Assembly (NCBI GenBank): GCA_942490825.1
Contig: CALNYG010000003.1
Coordinates: forward strand, 4,105-68,104
DNA from: Candidatus Moraniibacteriota bacterium
GTDB lineage: Bacteria > Patescibacteriota > Minisyncoccia > Moranbacterales > GCA-2747515
Direction: 5' to 3'
DNA length: 64,000 nt
Part shown: in pieces, positions 15,800 to 26,181 of the stretch
Layout of the letters: every line of letters starts with the position of its first letter
How positions within the stretch are numbered: position 1 is the stretch's first letter
Notes under the pieces: model-generated
Database searches by the model: none
Told to the model about the DNA's origin: nothing
What the model saw: the letters and a program-made list of their open reading frames with translations, nothing else
Translations under genes and position numbers: made by a program

Positions 15800-16666
15800 A
15801 TGAGTAAAAAAATAAAAAAAGCGGTTGTGGCAGTGGCAGGGTCGGGAACACGATTATTGCCTGCAACAAAAGCACAACCAAAAGAAATGTTACCAATCGT
15901 TGATAAACCAATCATTCAATTAGTAGTGGAAGAATTAGTCGAAGCAGGAATTGAAGATATTATCTTTGTAACTCGTTGGGATAAAAAGCCGTTAGAAGAT
16001 CATTTCGATCATTCAAGAGCTTTGGAATACGATTTAAAAAAGAGTGGAAAAGAAGAACTATCAAAAGCTATGTCAGATTTAGCGGAGATGGCAAATTTTG
16101 TTTATGTTCGACAAAAGCCTCAGTATGGAAATGGTGTTCCAATTTTGTCTGCTGCTAGTCTTGTTGATGATGAGCCTTTTGTATTTTGTTTTGGTGATGA
16201 TTTAGTTAGATCAAAAAGTTCTTTTACAAAGCAAATGGTAGAGGATTATGAAAAAAATGAAAATTTAATGGTGGGTGTTCAAGAAGTTCCTTTAAAAGAA
16301 GTTTCTAAATATGGTATTGCAAATTTAGTTGAGGGAACAATGCAAATTGATGAATTAGTTGAAAAGCCTTCAGCTGAGGAAGCTAAATCTCGATTAGCGG
16401 TTTTTGGTAGATATATTTTAAATCAAGAAATTATTGATGCTTTAAAAAATACAGCGATAGGTAAAGGAGATGAGTTATGGGTAAGTGATGCAATTGAAAA
16501 TTATATTAAAGATGGGGGAAAGTTTTATGCAAAGAAAGTTGAAGATGGTGAGTGGATGACCACAGGAGATCCAATGAATTATTTGAAAACAACTTTAGCT
16601 TATGCGATGGATAGAGATGATATTGGAGGAGAATTGAAGAAGTATGTGAAAGATTTATATTGTTAA
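15800..16666 (+). CDS. galU: UTP-glucose-1-phosphate uridylyltransferase
   Basis: KAVVAVAGSGTRLLPATKAQPKEMLPIVDKPIIQ N-terminal signature. About 288 aa. Confidence 0.85.
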   Translation: MSKKIKKAVVAVAGSGTRLLPATKAQPKEMLPIVDKPIIQLVVEELVEAGIEDIIFVTRWDKKPLEDHFDHSRALEYDLKKSGKEELSKAMSDLAEMANFVYVRQKPQYGNGVPILSAASLVDDEPFVFCFGDDLVRSKSSFTKQMVEDYEKNENLMVGVQEVPLKEVSKYGIANLVEGTMQIDELVEKPSAEEAKSRLAVFGRYILNQEIIDALKNTAIGKGDELWVSDAIENYIKDGGKFYAKKVEDGEWMTTGDPMNYLKTTLAYAMDRDDIGGELKKYVKDLYC

Positions 16667-16685
16667 TTCTTACAAATAATTTAGT

Positions 16686-16720
16686 AAAAACCAACAAATT
16701 GTATAATTTTGTTGGTTTTT
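16686..16720 (+). terminator. Intrinsic terminator after galU
   Basis: AAAAACCAACAAA-TTGTATAA-TTTTGTTGGTTTTT. Confidence 0.7.
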
Positions 16721-17245
16721 AATTTTCTGATTTAGTGAGGAAGTTTTTTTAGTTATATTTAACAAAATAACACAATGCCAGTCTATTTAAAAATATTGTA
16801 ATGGTAGTGGAATTTCTCAATTTTTTTCTCAATTTAGTCTTAATAAAATGCTTTATTTTTATATTTTTTTATAATCTAGCCTGTTCTAATTAATTCATTT
16901 TTAATTATATTGGAGCGTTGTTTTTAATTGCTAAAGAAGGATAAATTTTTTTGTGGTTTTTTAAAAAATATGTTATTATTTTAGTATCAATAAACTCCTA
17001 CCCGCAACAGTCAATTAGGACACCCAGCAAAAGCTTGTCGCCAAAAGGCTTTTACAAGTATAATATCTTAATAAGAGCTTAGAATACTTTAAATAAAGCA
17101 TTTTTATCCCTTTTTGAGATAGGCAGGTTATTAGTTTTTCTTATAAAATAAGGCTTATTAACTAGTAGCTACTGTCCTAATTCAAAAAGGAATGTAGGAA
17201 CTTAAAATAAAAAATAAAAAGTTGTAAAATAAAAGTTATAAATTT

Positions 17246-18553
17246 ATGGATGGGTGTAAAATAAAATGTAACGTTTCAAATAAAAATCAAACAACAGGGA
17301 GGGGAAGAGAATCTATAGAAAATAAAATACAAAACTCTTTTAGTATGCAAAACTCTTTTGATCAGTCTTTATGGCAAGAAAAAAATAAAAGGGTTTATAG
17401 AAAACCTTTGTTGCCTTGGGTAGCCTCATTATCCTTGGTTATTTTTATGCTTAGTTTTGTTAACAGTCGCGCTGAAGAGAACGTTAATATCAATGAAGCT
17501 ACAAATAAGTCAGCAGGAAATCATTTAGAGTTTAATTTAAGTAATGATGATAGTGGTATTTTTGCAAATGATGTTCAAAATATTGGAATTGGTACAAACA
17601 ATCCAAATTATAAATTGGAGGTCTCAGGAGCTCTAATGCTAGAAGATTCTTCAATGCCAAATTCTGCAAATGGTCATTCTGGAATATATTCAACCGGAGG
17701 AGAATTATATGCTTTAGATGCTTCAGGAAATTCAGTAAAAATTTCTTCTCACGATCAAAATGGTCTCTGGCAGTATAATTCAAAAAACTCAAAAACAGGA
17801 AAAGAATTAGAAGTGGAAATGGAACTTTTAACCAAAGATCTTAATAAGATGTTAGGAGGTGGATATGTAGTTGAGAATGGTGAAGTTATAGATCAAGGTG
17901 AAAATGAAATTAAAAAACTAACTCTTCAAACAAATGAAAATGTTAGTACTCTACAGGAATTACAGTCATCAATTGATAATAATTTAGAGATTGTTAATTC
18001 AGAGATTAATAAATATGATAAAACAACTGAAGAGTTATTGAAAACAGTTGCAAAAACAAAGAAAGATGCAAACCAACGAGCTGACTTGTTAAAAAATATT
18101 AAATCAAAAGTAGATTCTCTAGAATCAGAGAATGAGTCTTTAATGAATTTTTTCTTAGCTATAAATCCAGATACTTTGGTTTATGTTGATGAAGATGGAA
18201 ATTTAGATATAGATGGATTAGTTAATGCAAGAGAGATTTCAGCTGAAGTTGTTGAGACGGAAAAATTAGCTATCGTTTCTAATGATTTTTCACAATCTTT
18301 GGGCACAGGTAAGATTGTTGCAGGCGAATCAGAAGTGTTTATAGAAAATATATCAATTGAAAAAAATGATAAAATATTTATTACTCCAAACACTCCAATG
18401 AAGCAAGTTATTGCAGCAACTGAAATTAAGGCTGAGGAAGGCTTTTCAGTTTCAGTGGTGGATGCTTTGAAAGAAGATATTTCATTCGATTGGTTTGTGG
18501 TTAATGAAATTGATAATAGATCGGAGAAGATGCTTACAGATGAAATTCAGTAA
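17246..18553 (+). CDS. Secreted/anchored hypothetical protein with IGIGTNNPNYKLEVSG motif and coiled coil
   Basis: Signal-anchor segment LLPWVASLSLVIFMLSFVNSRA. The GIGT..P..KL.V.G motif is common in tail-fiber-like surface proteins. The true start is uncertain (the internal ATG giving MQNSF... is possible). Confidence 0.5.
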   Translation: MDGCKIKCNVSNKNQTTGRGRESIENKIQNSFSMQNSFDQSLWQEKNKRVYRKPLLPWVASLSLVIFMLSFVNSRAEENVNINEATNKSAGNHLEFNLSNDDSGIFANDVQNIGIGTNNPNYKLEVSGALMLEDSSMPNSANGHSGIYSTGGELYALDASGNSVKISSHDQNGLWQYNSKNSKTGKELEVEMELLTKDLNKMLGGGYVVENGEVIDQGENEIKKLTLQTNENVSTLQELQSSIDNNLEIVNSEINKYDKTTEELLKTVAKTKKDANQRADLLKNIKSKVDSLESENESLMNFFLAINPDTLVYVDEDGNLDIDGLVNAREISAEVVETEKLAIVSNDFSQSLGTGKIVAGESEVFIENISIEKNDKIFITPNTPMKQVIAATEIKAEEGFSVSVVDALKEDISFDWFVVNEIDNRSEKMLTDEIQ

Positions 18554-18758
18554 ACTCTTAGATGATTTTTTAAAAGAAGTGACTTTCCTCGCTTCTTTTT
18601 TGTAGTAATTTAGATTATTTAAATATTTTTTTCAGTTTCAATAATTAGCTAATTTATTTTTAACTTTTAAAATTTATATGCTTATTAATTTAAATATTCG
18701 AGTATCTTTGTCAAGATTAATAAAATTTTGTATAATTTAAAGATAAGTTAATATAATA

Positions 18759-21407
18759 ATGAAAAATCAAACAAAACAAGAAAATAAAAATGCTTTGTTA
18801 GATGTAAAAGTGTCTGATGTTTTTGTTGTGCAAAACTCTAAAAAAAGAGCTTTTGTAGAACAGTTTAATCATAAAGGAATAAACTTTACACAAAAGAAAT
18901 TAGGAACCCTATTCGGGTTTTTTATTGTACGTGATTTTTCATCTTCTTCTGCTAACATAGTTAATTTTTTGACAGCTGAAATTAAAAAAGAATATTTTGC
19001 TTTTCCAAAAAGAGAAATGACAGAAAGTTTTGAAGCAGCTTTGCATCGAGTAAATAGAGCTTTGGCAGAAGTGGCTAATATAGGAAATGTAGATTGGCTA
19101 GGAACTATTGATGGCGTTGTTTGTGCTATTGATGATACAAAAATGCATTTTAGCGTAACAGGAGATGCTGTTGTATTGTTAATGAGAGGTGAGACAATAA
19201 TTAATATTAGTGAGGGTATGGTGTCAGGCGAGGCAAGACAGCACCCTTTAAAAACTTTTGTTGATATTTCAAATGGTCAGTTAATGGCAGATGATAAAAT
19301 CATTATCACTTCACCTGAGTTATTAGATCTGGTTTCTTTTGATGAGTTACAGAGAAATGCTTTGCGTTTAGAGAGAGATAGTTTTGTGCAGTTTATAAAT
19401 ACAGTGTTGACCAATGAATGTAAGATGGCTGTTGCTAGTATAGTTGATATTGATGTAAAAAATAACCCTGAAACTGTTCTTAGCGGGGATGTTAAGCAAG
19501 AAATGGGTGAAGAGAGTTTTGAGGAAATGAATATCCCAGATAATATATTTAGCGCTAAAGTTTTTGAAAACAATAAAGAAAATATAGTAGAAGAAAAAGT
19601 TATTGTAGCTGATGAAAATTCAGATGAAATCTCAAATAAAAAGAACTATGTAGATGAAAGAACGGGGCATATTTATCTTCAGGGCGATGAAAATCTTGAA
19701 AATACTAATCAACTTTGGCTATCTGTTAAAGACTTCTTTAAAGATACTACTCGAAATATAAAAGAAGGTACAAAAAAGAAATTTAGACGAGGAAAGAAAA
19801 GTGTACAAAAAATTATTGATTCTAAAAAAATTGATAAAATCGAACAGGATGCTATTCCGTCAGCTGATAAAGATTATGAAATTGCTAAATTGAAAGAAGA
19901 GATTGGCGCAAGAAAAGATAATGAAGGGATAGATGAAATTAAAGTAGAAGAAAAAAATAAAAAAATTAAGATAAATGTTACTGGAGATACTGAAAAGAAG
20001 ACTGATGAACATAAGAAAGAAAAAATAAATTCTAATTATTCTGATGATAAAAATTATAATAAAAGTAAAGGATCTAGTAATATAGATTCAATTAATTTAG
20101 AAAAAAATAAAGAACAGAATAAAAAGCAAGAGGACGATAGCTTTAAGAGGAGCTTGGCTTCAGAGGATATTAATAATTCTATTATTTCTAAAATTTTAAA
20201 TTTTATAGATAATATTACTGATTTTATTGTAGATGTTTTTTCAAAAGTTTTTAAGTATGCTGTAGATTTAAATAAAAAATCTTTTAGTGCTATAAAAAAA
20301 GTTTTTAATAAGAAGGAAAAAAATCAAAAGAGCCTTAAACTTGAATCTAAATTTACTTCTTCTGAGGCTGATAATAAAACTTTTAGTTTCTTTCAAACTT
20401 TAAAAAATTCATGGAAAAATATAGGTGGAAGAAGTAAAATCATTGGTTTAACTGTGGTAGCTCTAATTTTGATTATTCCTTTGTTTTTCTTTAATAAAAA
20501 ACAACAAGATAATGAAGTCACTGAAAATCATTTATTAATTGAAAATCTTGTAGCTAGTCAAAATAATGAAAGTAGTGCAACTAATGTAAATCAAAATGAC
20601 AATCCAAATGCAGACACAACAACAGCTATAGCCACTAAAGCAGAAGAATCTAAATCTAAAATTGAGGGGAATATAAATGATCCTGAGGAGTTATATAAAG
20701 GCACAGCTTTGATTTATGTTGGTAAGATGAAAAAATACAATTTGGCAGTTACTAAAGATACTGTAGTTGTTTTGGATAATGAAAATATTAAATATTCTCT
20801 TCCTGATGAATCTGGCACAATAAAATACATTACTACCATGGATGATTTGAATTTAGTTTTTCTGCTTACAGATAAAAATAAACTTTTTTCTTTTAGTCCA
20901 ATTTCTAAAAAGTTTGAAAGTCAAACGTTAAAAGTTGATATTAAAAAAATTAAGGCTATTGATGCATACATGACTTATTTGTATGTTGTTACAGATAGCG
21001 GAATTAAAAGATATGCAAGAAAAGAGGGCGGTTTTGATGATGGTGAAGATTGGTTGAAAGAAGAATATAAAACAAATGATATTGATAAGATTTCTATTAA
21101 TGAAAATATATATCTTTTGGCTGCTAATAAAGTAAAAATATTATTTAGTGGTAAAAAGAAAGATTTCAAATTAGAAAATGATAAACCTGTAGATTTAATT
21201 TATGCTAAAAGTGATAAATATTTATGGGCTATAAACAAGGAAAAAGCAACAATCTATAAGTTCAATAGGTTTTCAGGGAAGTTGGCAGATGAATTTGTTC
21301 ATGATGATATTAAAAATGTAGCTTCATTTACTATTGATGAAAGTAAAAATTCAGCGATTATAACAACTTCAAAAAAAGTTTTAAACTTTAAATTAAAGAA
21401 AAAATAA
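18759..21407 (+). CDS. Large (882 aa) membrane protein: N-terminal globular domain, Lys-rich low-complexity linker, one TM, C-terminal repeat-like domain
   Basis: The long ORF is intact. The N-terminal region (GTIDGVVCAIDDTKMHFSVTGDAVVLLMRGE) looks weakly PPM/SpoIIE-phosphatase-like, but this is unverified. Confidence 0.5.
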   Translation: MKNQTKQENKNALLDVKVSDVFVVQNSKKRAFVEQFNHKGINFTQKKLGTLFGFFIVRDFSSSSANIVNFLTAEIKKEYFAFPKREMTESFEAALHRVNRALAEVANIGNVDWLGTIDGVVCAIDDTKMHFSVTGDAVVLLMRGETIINISEGMVSGEARQHPLKTFVDISNGQLMADDKIIITSPELLDLVSFDELQRNALRLERDSFVQFINTVLTNECKMAVASIVDIDVKNNPETVLSGDVKQEMGEESFEEMNIPDNIFSAKVFENNKENIVEEKVIVADENSDEISNKKNYVDERTGHIYLQGDENLENTNQLWLSVKDFFKDTTRNIKEGTKKKFRRGKKSVQKIIDSKKIDKIEQDAIPSADKDYEIAKLKEEIGARKDNEGIDEIKVEEKNKKIKINVTGDTEKKTDEHKKEKINSNYSDDKNYNKSKGSSNIDSINLEKNKEQNKKQEDDSFKRSLASEDINNSIISKILNFIDNITDFIVDVFSKVFKYAVDLNKKSFSAIKKVFNKKEKNQKSLKLESKFTSSEADNKTFSFFQTLKNSWKNIGGRSKIIGLTVVALILIIPLFFFNKKQQDNEVTENHLLIENLVASQNNESSATNVNQNDNPNADTTTAIATKAEESKSKIEGNINDPEELYKGTALIYVGKMKKYNLAVTKDTVVVLDNENIKYSLPDESGTIKYITTMDDLNLVFLLTDKNKLFSFSPISKKFESQTLKVDIKKIKAIDAYMTYLYVVTDSGIKRYARKEGGFDDGEDWLKEEYKTNDIDKISINENIYLLAANKVKILFSGKKKDFKLENDKPVDLIYAKSDKYLWAINKEKATIYKFNRFSGKLADEFVHDDIKNVASFTIDESKNSAIITTSKKVLNFKLKKK

Positions 21408-21465
21408 GCATTAGAAGAAGAAAGTAGTGAAAAATAATTAGGAATAAATAAGCTTCTTGATAAAT

Positions 21466-21497
21466 AAAAAAACTGATTATTAATAATCAGTTTTTTT
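21466..21497. terminator. Bidirectional hairpin terminator between convergent genes
   Basis: AAAAAACTGATTATTAATAATCAGTTTTTTT. Confidence 0.7.
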
Positions 21498-21662
21498 ATT
21501 AGCTTCCAATGTCCAGTTGAAAGCTCTAAACTTTAATCTAATTACTGTAGTGTTATATTTATTCATTTCATTTCACTTCACTCGAAAGTAAGGCATTCCA
21601 ATCAAGATCTACTATATAGTCAAATGACGTATCTGTTTTATTTTTAAAAGGTTGTAAAGAAT

Positions 21663-22520
21663 TTATTCTGTGATTTGTTTTTCGTCAATTTCTTGCGTAT
21701 TTGAATTGGGTTCTAGGGGATAATTATATTTTTTCCATGCTTCAAAACCACCATTTATAGTTTCAATATTAAAAAAACCTAAATCATATAATATAACTCC
21801 CGCACTAAAACTGCTTTCAGTTGTCTCACCATAAACATAAACTTTTTTTTGTGAAGAAATATCACGATGTTTTTTTTCAAGTTCTAAAATAGGAATATTA
21901 ATTGCTCCAGGAACATGACTATCTGTAAAATTACCTTTTCGACGTACATCTATGATCAATATTTTTTCAGGATATTCAGTATAATTTTTATTGACATCTC
22001 GAGGTTCGATAAATTTTATTTTAGATTGATCAATAAATGAATTTGAATCACCATAAGATATAATTATTCCATTTGCATTCTTCCACGCATTGAAGCCACC
22101 CATTAATATTTTTACAGTATTGTATTTTTCAGTTAGTGAATTATAAATTGGAGGTATGTTTGATTCAGTTCCATATTCGGTAACTAAAATTACATCTTTA
22201 GAATTACGATCGTCACCTATGCTTGTCGTTTGAATACTATTGATTATATGACCTTTTTTGAAGACTTCTTCATTTCTTATGTCGAGTATAATAGGGGGAT
22301 TTTTTGTAAAAATTAAATTCTTTAATTCAATTGATGAAATTGAAGGTAATAAATCAATTTCTTCCTGAGCAACTTCTTCGGGAGTTTTTTGATTCGTTTT
22401 ATTATTTTCAATTTTAACTTGCACTTTATTTGCTTTTCGATAATTAGAAAAAGTCCAAATGAAAATAAAGCTTATTCCAAGTAGTGCAATGATTAATAAA
22501 TTTTTTTCTATTTGTTTCAT
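21663..22520 (-). CDS. Membrane-anchored tandem rhodanese-homology-domain protein (no catalytic Cys seen)
   Basis: Two RHOD-like segments (PPIILDIRNEEVFKKGHIINSI and ILIIDVRRKGNFTDSHVPGAINIP). The active-site loop positions read VTEYGTES and VYGETTES, without Cys. Confidence 0.6.
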   Translation of the reverse strand: MKQIEKNLLIIALLGISFIFIWTFSNYRKANKVQVKIENNKTNQKTPEEVAQEEIDLLPSISSIELKNLIFTKNPPIILDIRNEEVFKKGHIINSIQTTSIGDDRNSKDVILVTEYGTESNIPPIYNSLTEKYNTVKILMGGFNAWKNANGIIISYGDSNSFIDQSKIKFIEPRDVNKNYTEYPEKILIIDVRRKGNFTDSHVPGAINIPILELEKKHRDISSQKKVYVYGETTESSFSAGVILYDLGFFNIETINGGFEAWKKYNYPLEPNSNTQEIDEKQITE

Positions 22521-22629
22521 TTTTTTTGTAAATTTTAAGTTATTTTTATTATATCACACTGATTTTTTTGTTTGTAAAAATTTACATTTAAAGGTAAAAT
22601 ATTAATATTATTTAATTAAGTTTTATTTT

Positions 22630-22938
22630 ATGGCATTTGAGCTAATACCGGATGGTAATAAAGAGCAAAAAGGAGTTGAACAAATTAAAAAGGAGCAAGC
22701 TAGAAAAAAAGCTATAAAAATTATTAAAGAAAGAGGATATAAAAATATAGATGAAGATACTATTAGAATATCATCGAAAGAGAATCTAAAAGGAGAAAAG
22801 TCTGCTGGTTGTATTAGGTGTGATAATTCGTTGATCGCTTTTGATGTTATGGATGGAGACACTCCAAAAGAGAGGCGTTTTTGCTGTTCTGATGTTAATT
22901 GTACATATGATCGATCAATGTTTAAGTATGGAGATTAG
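22630..22938 (+). CDS. Hypothetical Cys-containing small protein
   Basis: 102-aa ORF with CIRCDNS...CCSDVNC. No recognisable family. Confidence 0.4.
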   Translation: MAFELIPDGNKEQKGVEQIKKEQARKKAIKIIKERGYKNIDEDTIRISSKENLKGEKSAGCIRCDNSLIAFDVMDGDTPKERRFCCSDVNCTYDRSMFKYGD

Positions 22939-23077
22939 TTTTTAATAAAATTATTTTTTATTAATTTATCATAGGGATATTTATTATTTTTTTAGCTTAA
23001 CTTTATTTTTTGAGCTAGGCTAATTTTTTATGTAAAAAGTGTAATATAATAAAAGTATTGTTTGTTGAATTAAATTT

Positions 23078-24169
23078 ATGAATATAGAAAAGTTAATTAC
23101 AGTTAAGCCTCGGGGTTTTTGTGCAGGGGTAACGCGGTCTATTAAAGTAGTGGAAGACTGTTTAAAAATTTTTGGAGCACCAGTTTATGTAAAACACGAA
23201 ATTGTACATAATAAAACAGTTGTTTCAGATTTAGAAAAAAAAGGAATGATTACGGTAGAGGAAGTTTCTGAAATTCCCAAGGGAGCAGTGGCAATTTTCA
23301 GTGCACACGGATCTCCGCCAGCACATTTTGAAGAAGCTAAAAAAAGAAATATTCAAGTGATTGACGCAACTTGTCCTTTGGTGGCAAAGGTTCATATTGA
23401 GATGGTTCGATATATTAAAGAAGGTTTTAAAGTAATTTACATTGGTCATCATGGGCACGTGGAAGGCTTGGGAGTTTTAGGTATGGCTGAAAAAATTAAG
23501 AAAGATATTTTAAAAGCTGTGGGAGAGGGATTAGAAATTTTAGGTGTAACTAAGGAGAAATTTACAAAAGAATTTTTTACGATTGATGGTGGAAAAGAAA
23601 TTGTTGGTGTTTTAGGTGAAGCAAAAAAGATTGGAATGGAAATTCCAGTAGTTGATAGTATTGAAGATATTGAAAATATAAAATATGATTTCAATGATAA
23701 GATTGCTATTTTAACTCAGACAACTTTAAATATATACAAGACTAAAAAGATTATTGATGCCATTAAAGAAAAGTATAAAAATGTTACGGAACCGCCAGCG
23801 GAGGATATTTGTTATGCAACGACTAATCGACAGAATGCGGTTAAAGAATTAGTTAAACGTGTTGATGTTGTTTTAGTCGTAGGGTCTAAAACTTCATCCA
23901 ATTCAAATCGATTGGCGGAGTTAGCTCGAGAAAATAACGTGGATGCTTATTTGATCGATGCAATGAAGGAAATTGAAAAAGAATGGTTTAAAGATAAAAA
24001 AAATGTAGGCTTAACTTCAGGGGCGAGTGCACCAGAATATCGTGTTCAGGAAATTGTTAAATATTTTATGGATCAGGGAGTAAAACATGAAGAACTTGTT
24101 TTTGACGAGGAAAATTTAAATTTTACAGAACCGATAGAGCTTGTTAGAATAAAGAGGGAAAAGCTTTAA
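23078..24169 (+). CDS. ispH: 4-hydroxy-3-methylbut-2-enyl diphosphate reductase IspH/LytB with an internal insertion
   Basis: RGFCAGVTRSI, FSAHGSPP, IDATCPLVAKVH, IGHHGHVEG, LTQTT, ICYATTNRQ, VVGSKTSSNSNRL and SGASAPE blocks. There are about 75 aa between the GHxGHxE and LTQTT blocks. Confidence 0.85.
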   Translation: MNIEKLITVKPRGFCAGVTRSIKVVEDCLKIFGAPVYVKHEIVHNKTVVSDLEKKGMITVEEVSEIPKGAVAIFSAHGSPPAHFEEAKKRNIQVIDATCPLVAKVHIEMVRYIKEGFKVIYIGHHGHVEGLGVLGMAEKIKKDILKAVGEGLEILGVTKEKFTKEFFTIDGGKEIVGVLGEAKKIGMEIPVVDSIEDIENIKYDFNDKIAILTQTTLNIYKTKKIIDAIKEKYKNVTEPPAEDICYATTNRQNAVKELVKRVDVVLVVGSKTSSNSNRLAELARENNVDAYLIDAMKEIEKEWFKDKKNVGLTSGASAPEYRVQEIVKYFMDQGVKHEELVFDEENLNFTEPIELVRIKREKL

Positions 24170-24319
24170 AAAAGTTATAAAATAAATTTCTAAAATATAA
24201 ATGTGATTTCAATAAAGTATTATGAAAATAAAAAATATATAAAAAAATAGTTCAATAAAATTTTTGAAATAGATAAAATAGAGAATAACATTTAAAATTA
24301 TTAAATAACAAAACAATAT

Positions 24320-26170
24320 ATGTTTGAAATATTTGCAATTATCATAGCAATAGTCATTGCTATTAACTTGAACAGTAGGATGAGTAGGTTAGAAAAAACA
24401 ATCAAAGAGCAGTTGAAGAAAAATAGTTTTTCTATGGAAAAAAATCCAGATTTCACTAAGCCCGCAGATGTCAAAAATGATTTCATTTCTCAGCCGGTGA
24501 ACAGTCAGAAAATTTATGATAAAAAAGAAAAATATTCTGAAATTCAGCAAAATATACAGAAAAATGTTGACGTTAAAAAAGAAGATATTGAAATCAAGCA
24601 ATATGAAGAAGATCCTATAACTAAATTTTTCTCTTGGCTAGTTAAAGATTGGCCAATGAAAATTGGAGCATTCTTAGTTATTTCAGCAATCGGCTGGTTT
24701 GTTTCTTATGCTTTTCGGAATGATTGGATTAGTCCAGAAGGGCGGGTTTTTATAGGATTACTTTTCGGAATTGTATTATTGGTTATTGGAGCTTTTCGTT
24801 CATTTAAGCAGAAAATTCAAGGCAATGTTTTAATGGTTATTGGAGGAATTTCAGTGCTTGTTGCAATTATTTCGGGAGTGGTTATGTATGAACTTTTCCC
24901 AGTGGAATTAGTGTTTATTGTATCTTTGCTGGTAGTTGCATTTTTATCTGCTATGGCGATGAAACAAAATAACCTTTCTTTGGGTGTTGTAACTTATTTG
25001 CTAGGTGCAATTATTCCATTTTTTGTCATAAGCGATATAGAAATAAACACTTTATTTTTCTATCTTTTTGTCTTAACTTCAGGAACTTTGTGGATTGTTT
25101 ATAAAACAAAATGGAGGGCTTTGACAGTTATCTCTCTTCTCGTGGTAGCTATGTATTCCCTTGTTTTTAGTGCAATCGAAGGGTTTGAGAGAAATACTGT
25201 AAACTTAATTTTTTCTTTTATGTTCTCAGCAGTTTTTTATTTTGCAAATATCTCAGCATTAATATCATCTAAAAAAGTGACCTTTGCAGATATGTTCGTA
25301 TCTCTAGGAACTGGATTATTATTTTTAATGTGGATGAACATGGTGGCAGATAAAGATCTCATAAGCATTTTTGTTTTACTGGGGGCATTTATTTTTGCTG
25401 TCGGATCTTTTGTTTTGTATAAGCTGTCTTCTTTAAAACATCCAGTGGCTATGTATTCTGTTGTTTCCTTAACCCTATTGGCAGCGGCAACTGCTGTTGA
25501 ATTAGAAGGCTTTGCTTTAACTATTGCTTTAATTACAGAATTTACTTTAGCAATTATTATTTGGCTATTTTTAGCTTCAAATGAAAGGTTACCTAAAATA
25601 AATTTTTCTAGCGTTTTAATTTTCGGAATTCCATTATTAATGTCTTTGGAGAACATTGCAGACTTATTTGAATATATAAGTGATTATGGTTATTACGGTG
25701 ATAATTTTAACGTGGCTGAAAATTTATTTGTAGTATTCTACATTTGTTTAGCTGCTTTTCTAGTGGGAATTAGCATGTTGTATTTTTCAGCTATAAAAAA
25801 CAAAAGTATTGATTATAATCAACGATTTGTTTTAAGAACATTTTTGGCGATTGGAGGGATTTATGCAACTGCATTAATTTGGATTGTTTCTCATTTATCT
25901 TTTATGTCTCTTGATATAAATAGTGAATTTGCAATAATGACTTCTTTGATTATTTATACTTTGGCTGGAGTTTATTTTTACGTCACTGGAAAGAAAAATA
26001 GTAATACTGCTTTGAGAGTTGCGGGAGATTTATTTTTTGTGATTGTTATTTTGCGGGTATTTTTAGTTGAATTTTGGCAGATGGATATTGTAGAAAGAAT
26101 TATTACTTTGTTTGTTGTGGGAGTTTTATTGGTCAGTACAGTTTTTTTCGGACGAAAAGATAAAAAATAA
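24320..26170 (+). CDS. Large polytopic membrane protein, DUF2339-like
   Basis: 616 aa. An N-terminal helix plus RLEKTIKEQL coiled segment is followed by more than 12 hydrophobic helices. Confidence 0.45.
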   Translation: MFEIFAIIIAIVIAINLNSRMSRLEKTIKEQLKKNSFSMEKNPDFTKPADVKNDFISQPVNSQKIYDKKEKYSEIQQNIQKNVDVKKEDIEIKQYEEDPITKFFSWLVKDWPMKIGAFLVISAIGWFVSYAFRNDWISPEGRVFIGLLFGIVLLVIGAFRSFKQKIQGNVLMVIGGISVLVAIISGVVMYELFPVELVFIVSLLVVAFLSAMAMKQNNLSLGVVTYLLGAIIPFFVISDIEINTLFFYLFVLTSGTLWIVYKTKWRALTVISLLVVAMYSLVFSAIEGFERNTVNLIFSFMFSAVFYFANISALISSKKVTFADMFVSLGTGLLFLMWMNMVADKDLISIFVLLGAFIFAVGSFVLYKLSSLKHPVAMYSVVSLTLLAAATAVELEGFALTIALITEFTLAIIIWLFLASNERLPKINFSSVLIFGIPLLMSLENIADLFEYISDYGYYGDNFNVAENLFVVFYICLAAFLVGISMLYFSAIKNKSIDYNQRFVLRTFLAIGGIYATALIWIVSHLSFMSLDINSEFAIMTSLIIYTLAGVYFYVTGKKNSNTALRVAGDLFFVIVILRVFLVEFWQMDIVERIITLFVVGVLLVSTVFFGRKDKK

Positions 26171-26181
26171 TTTAATATTTT

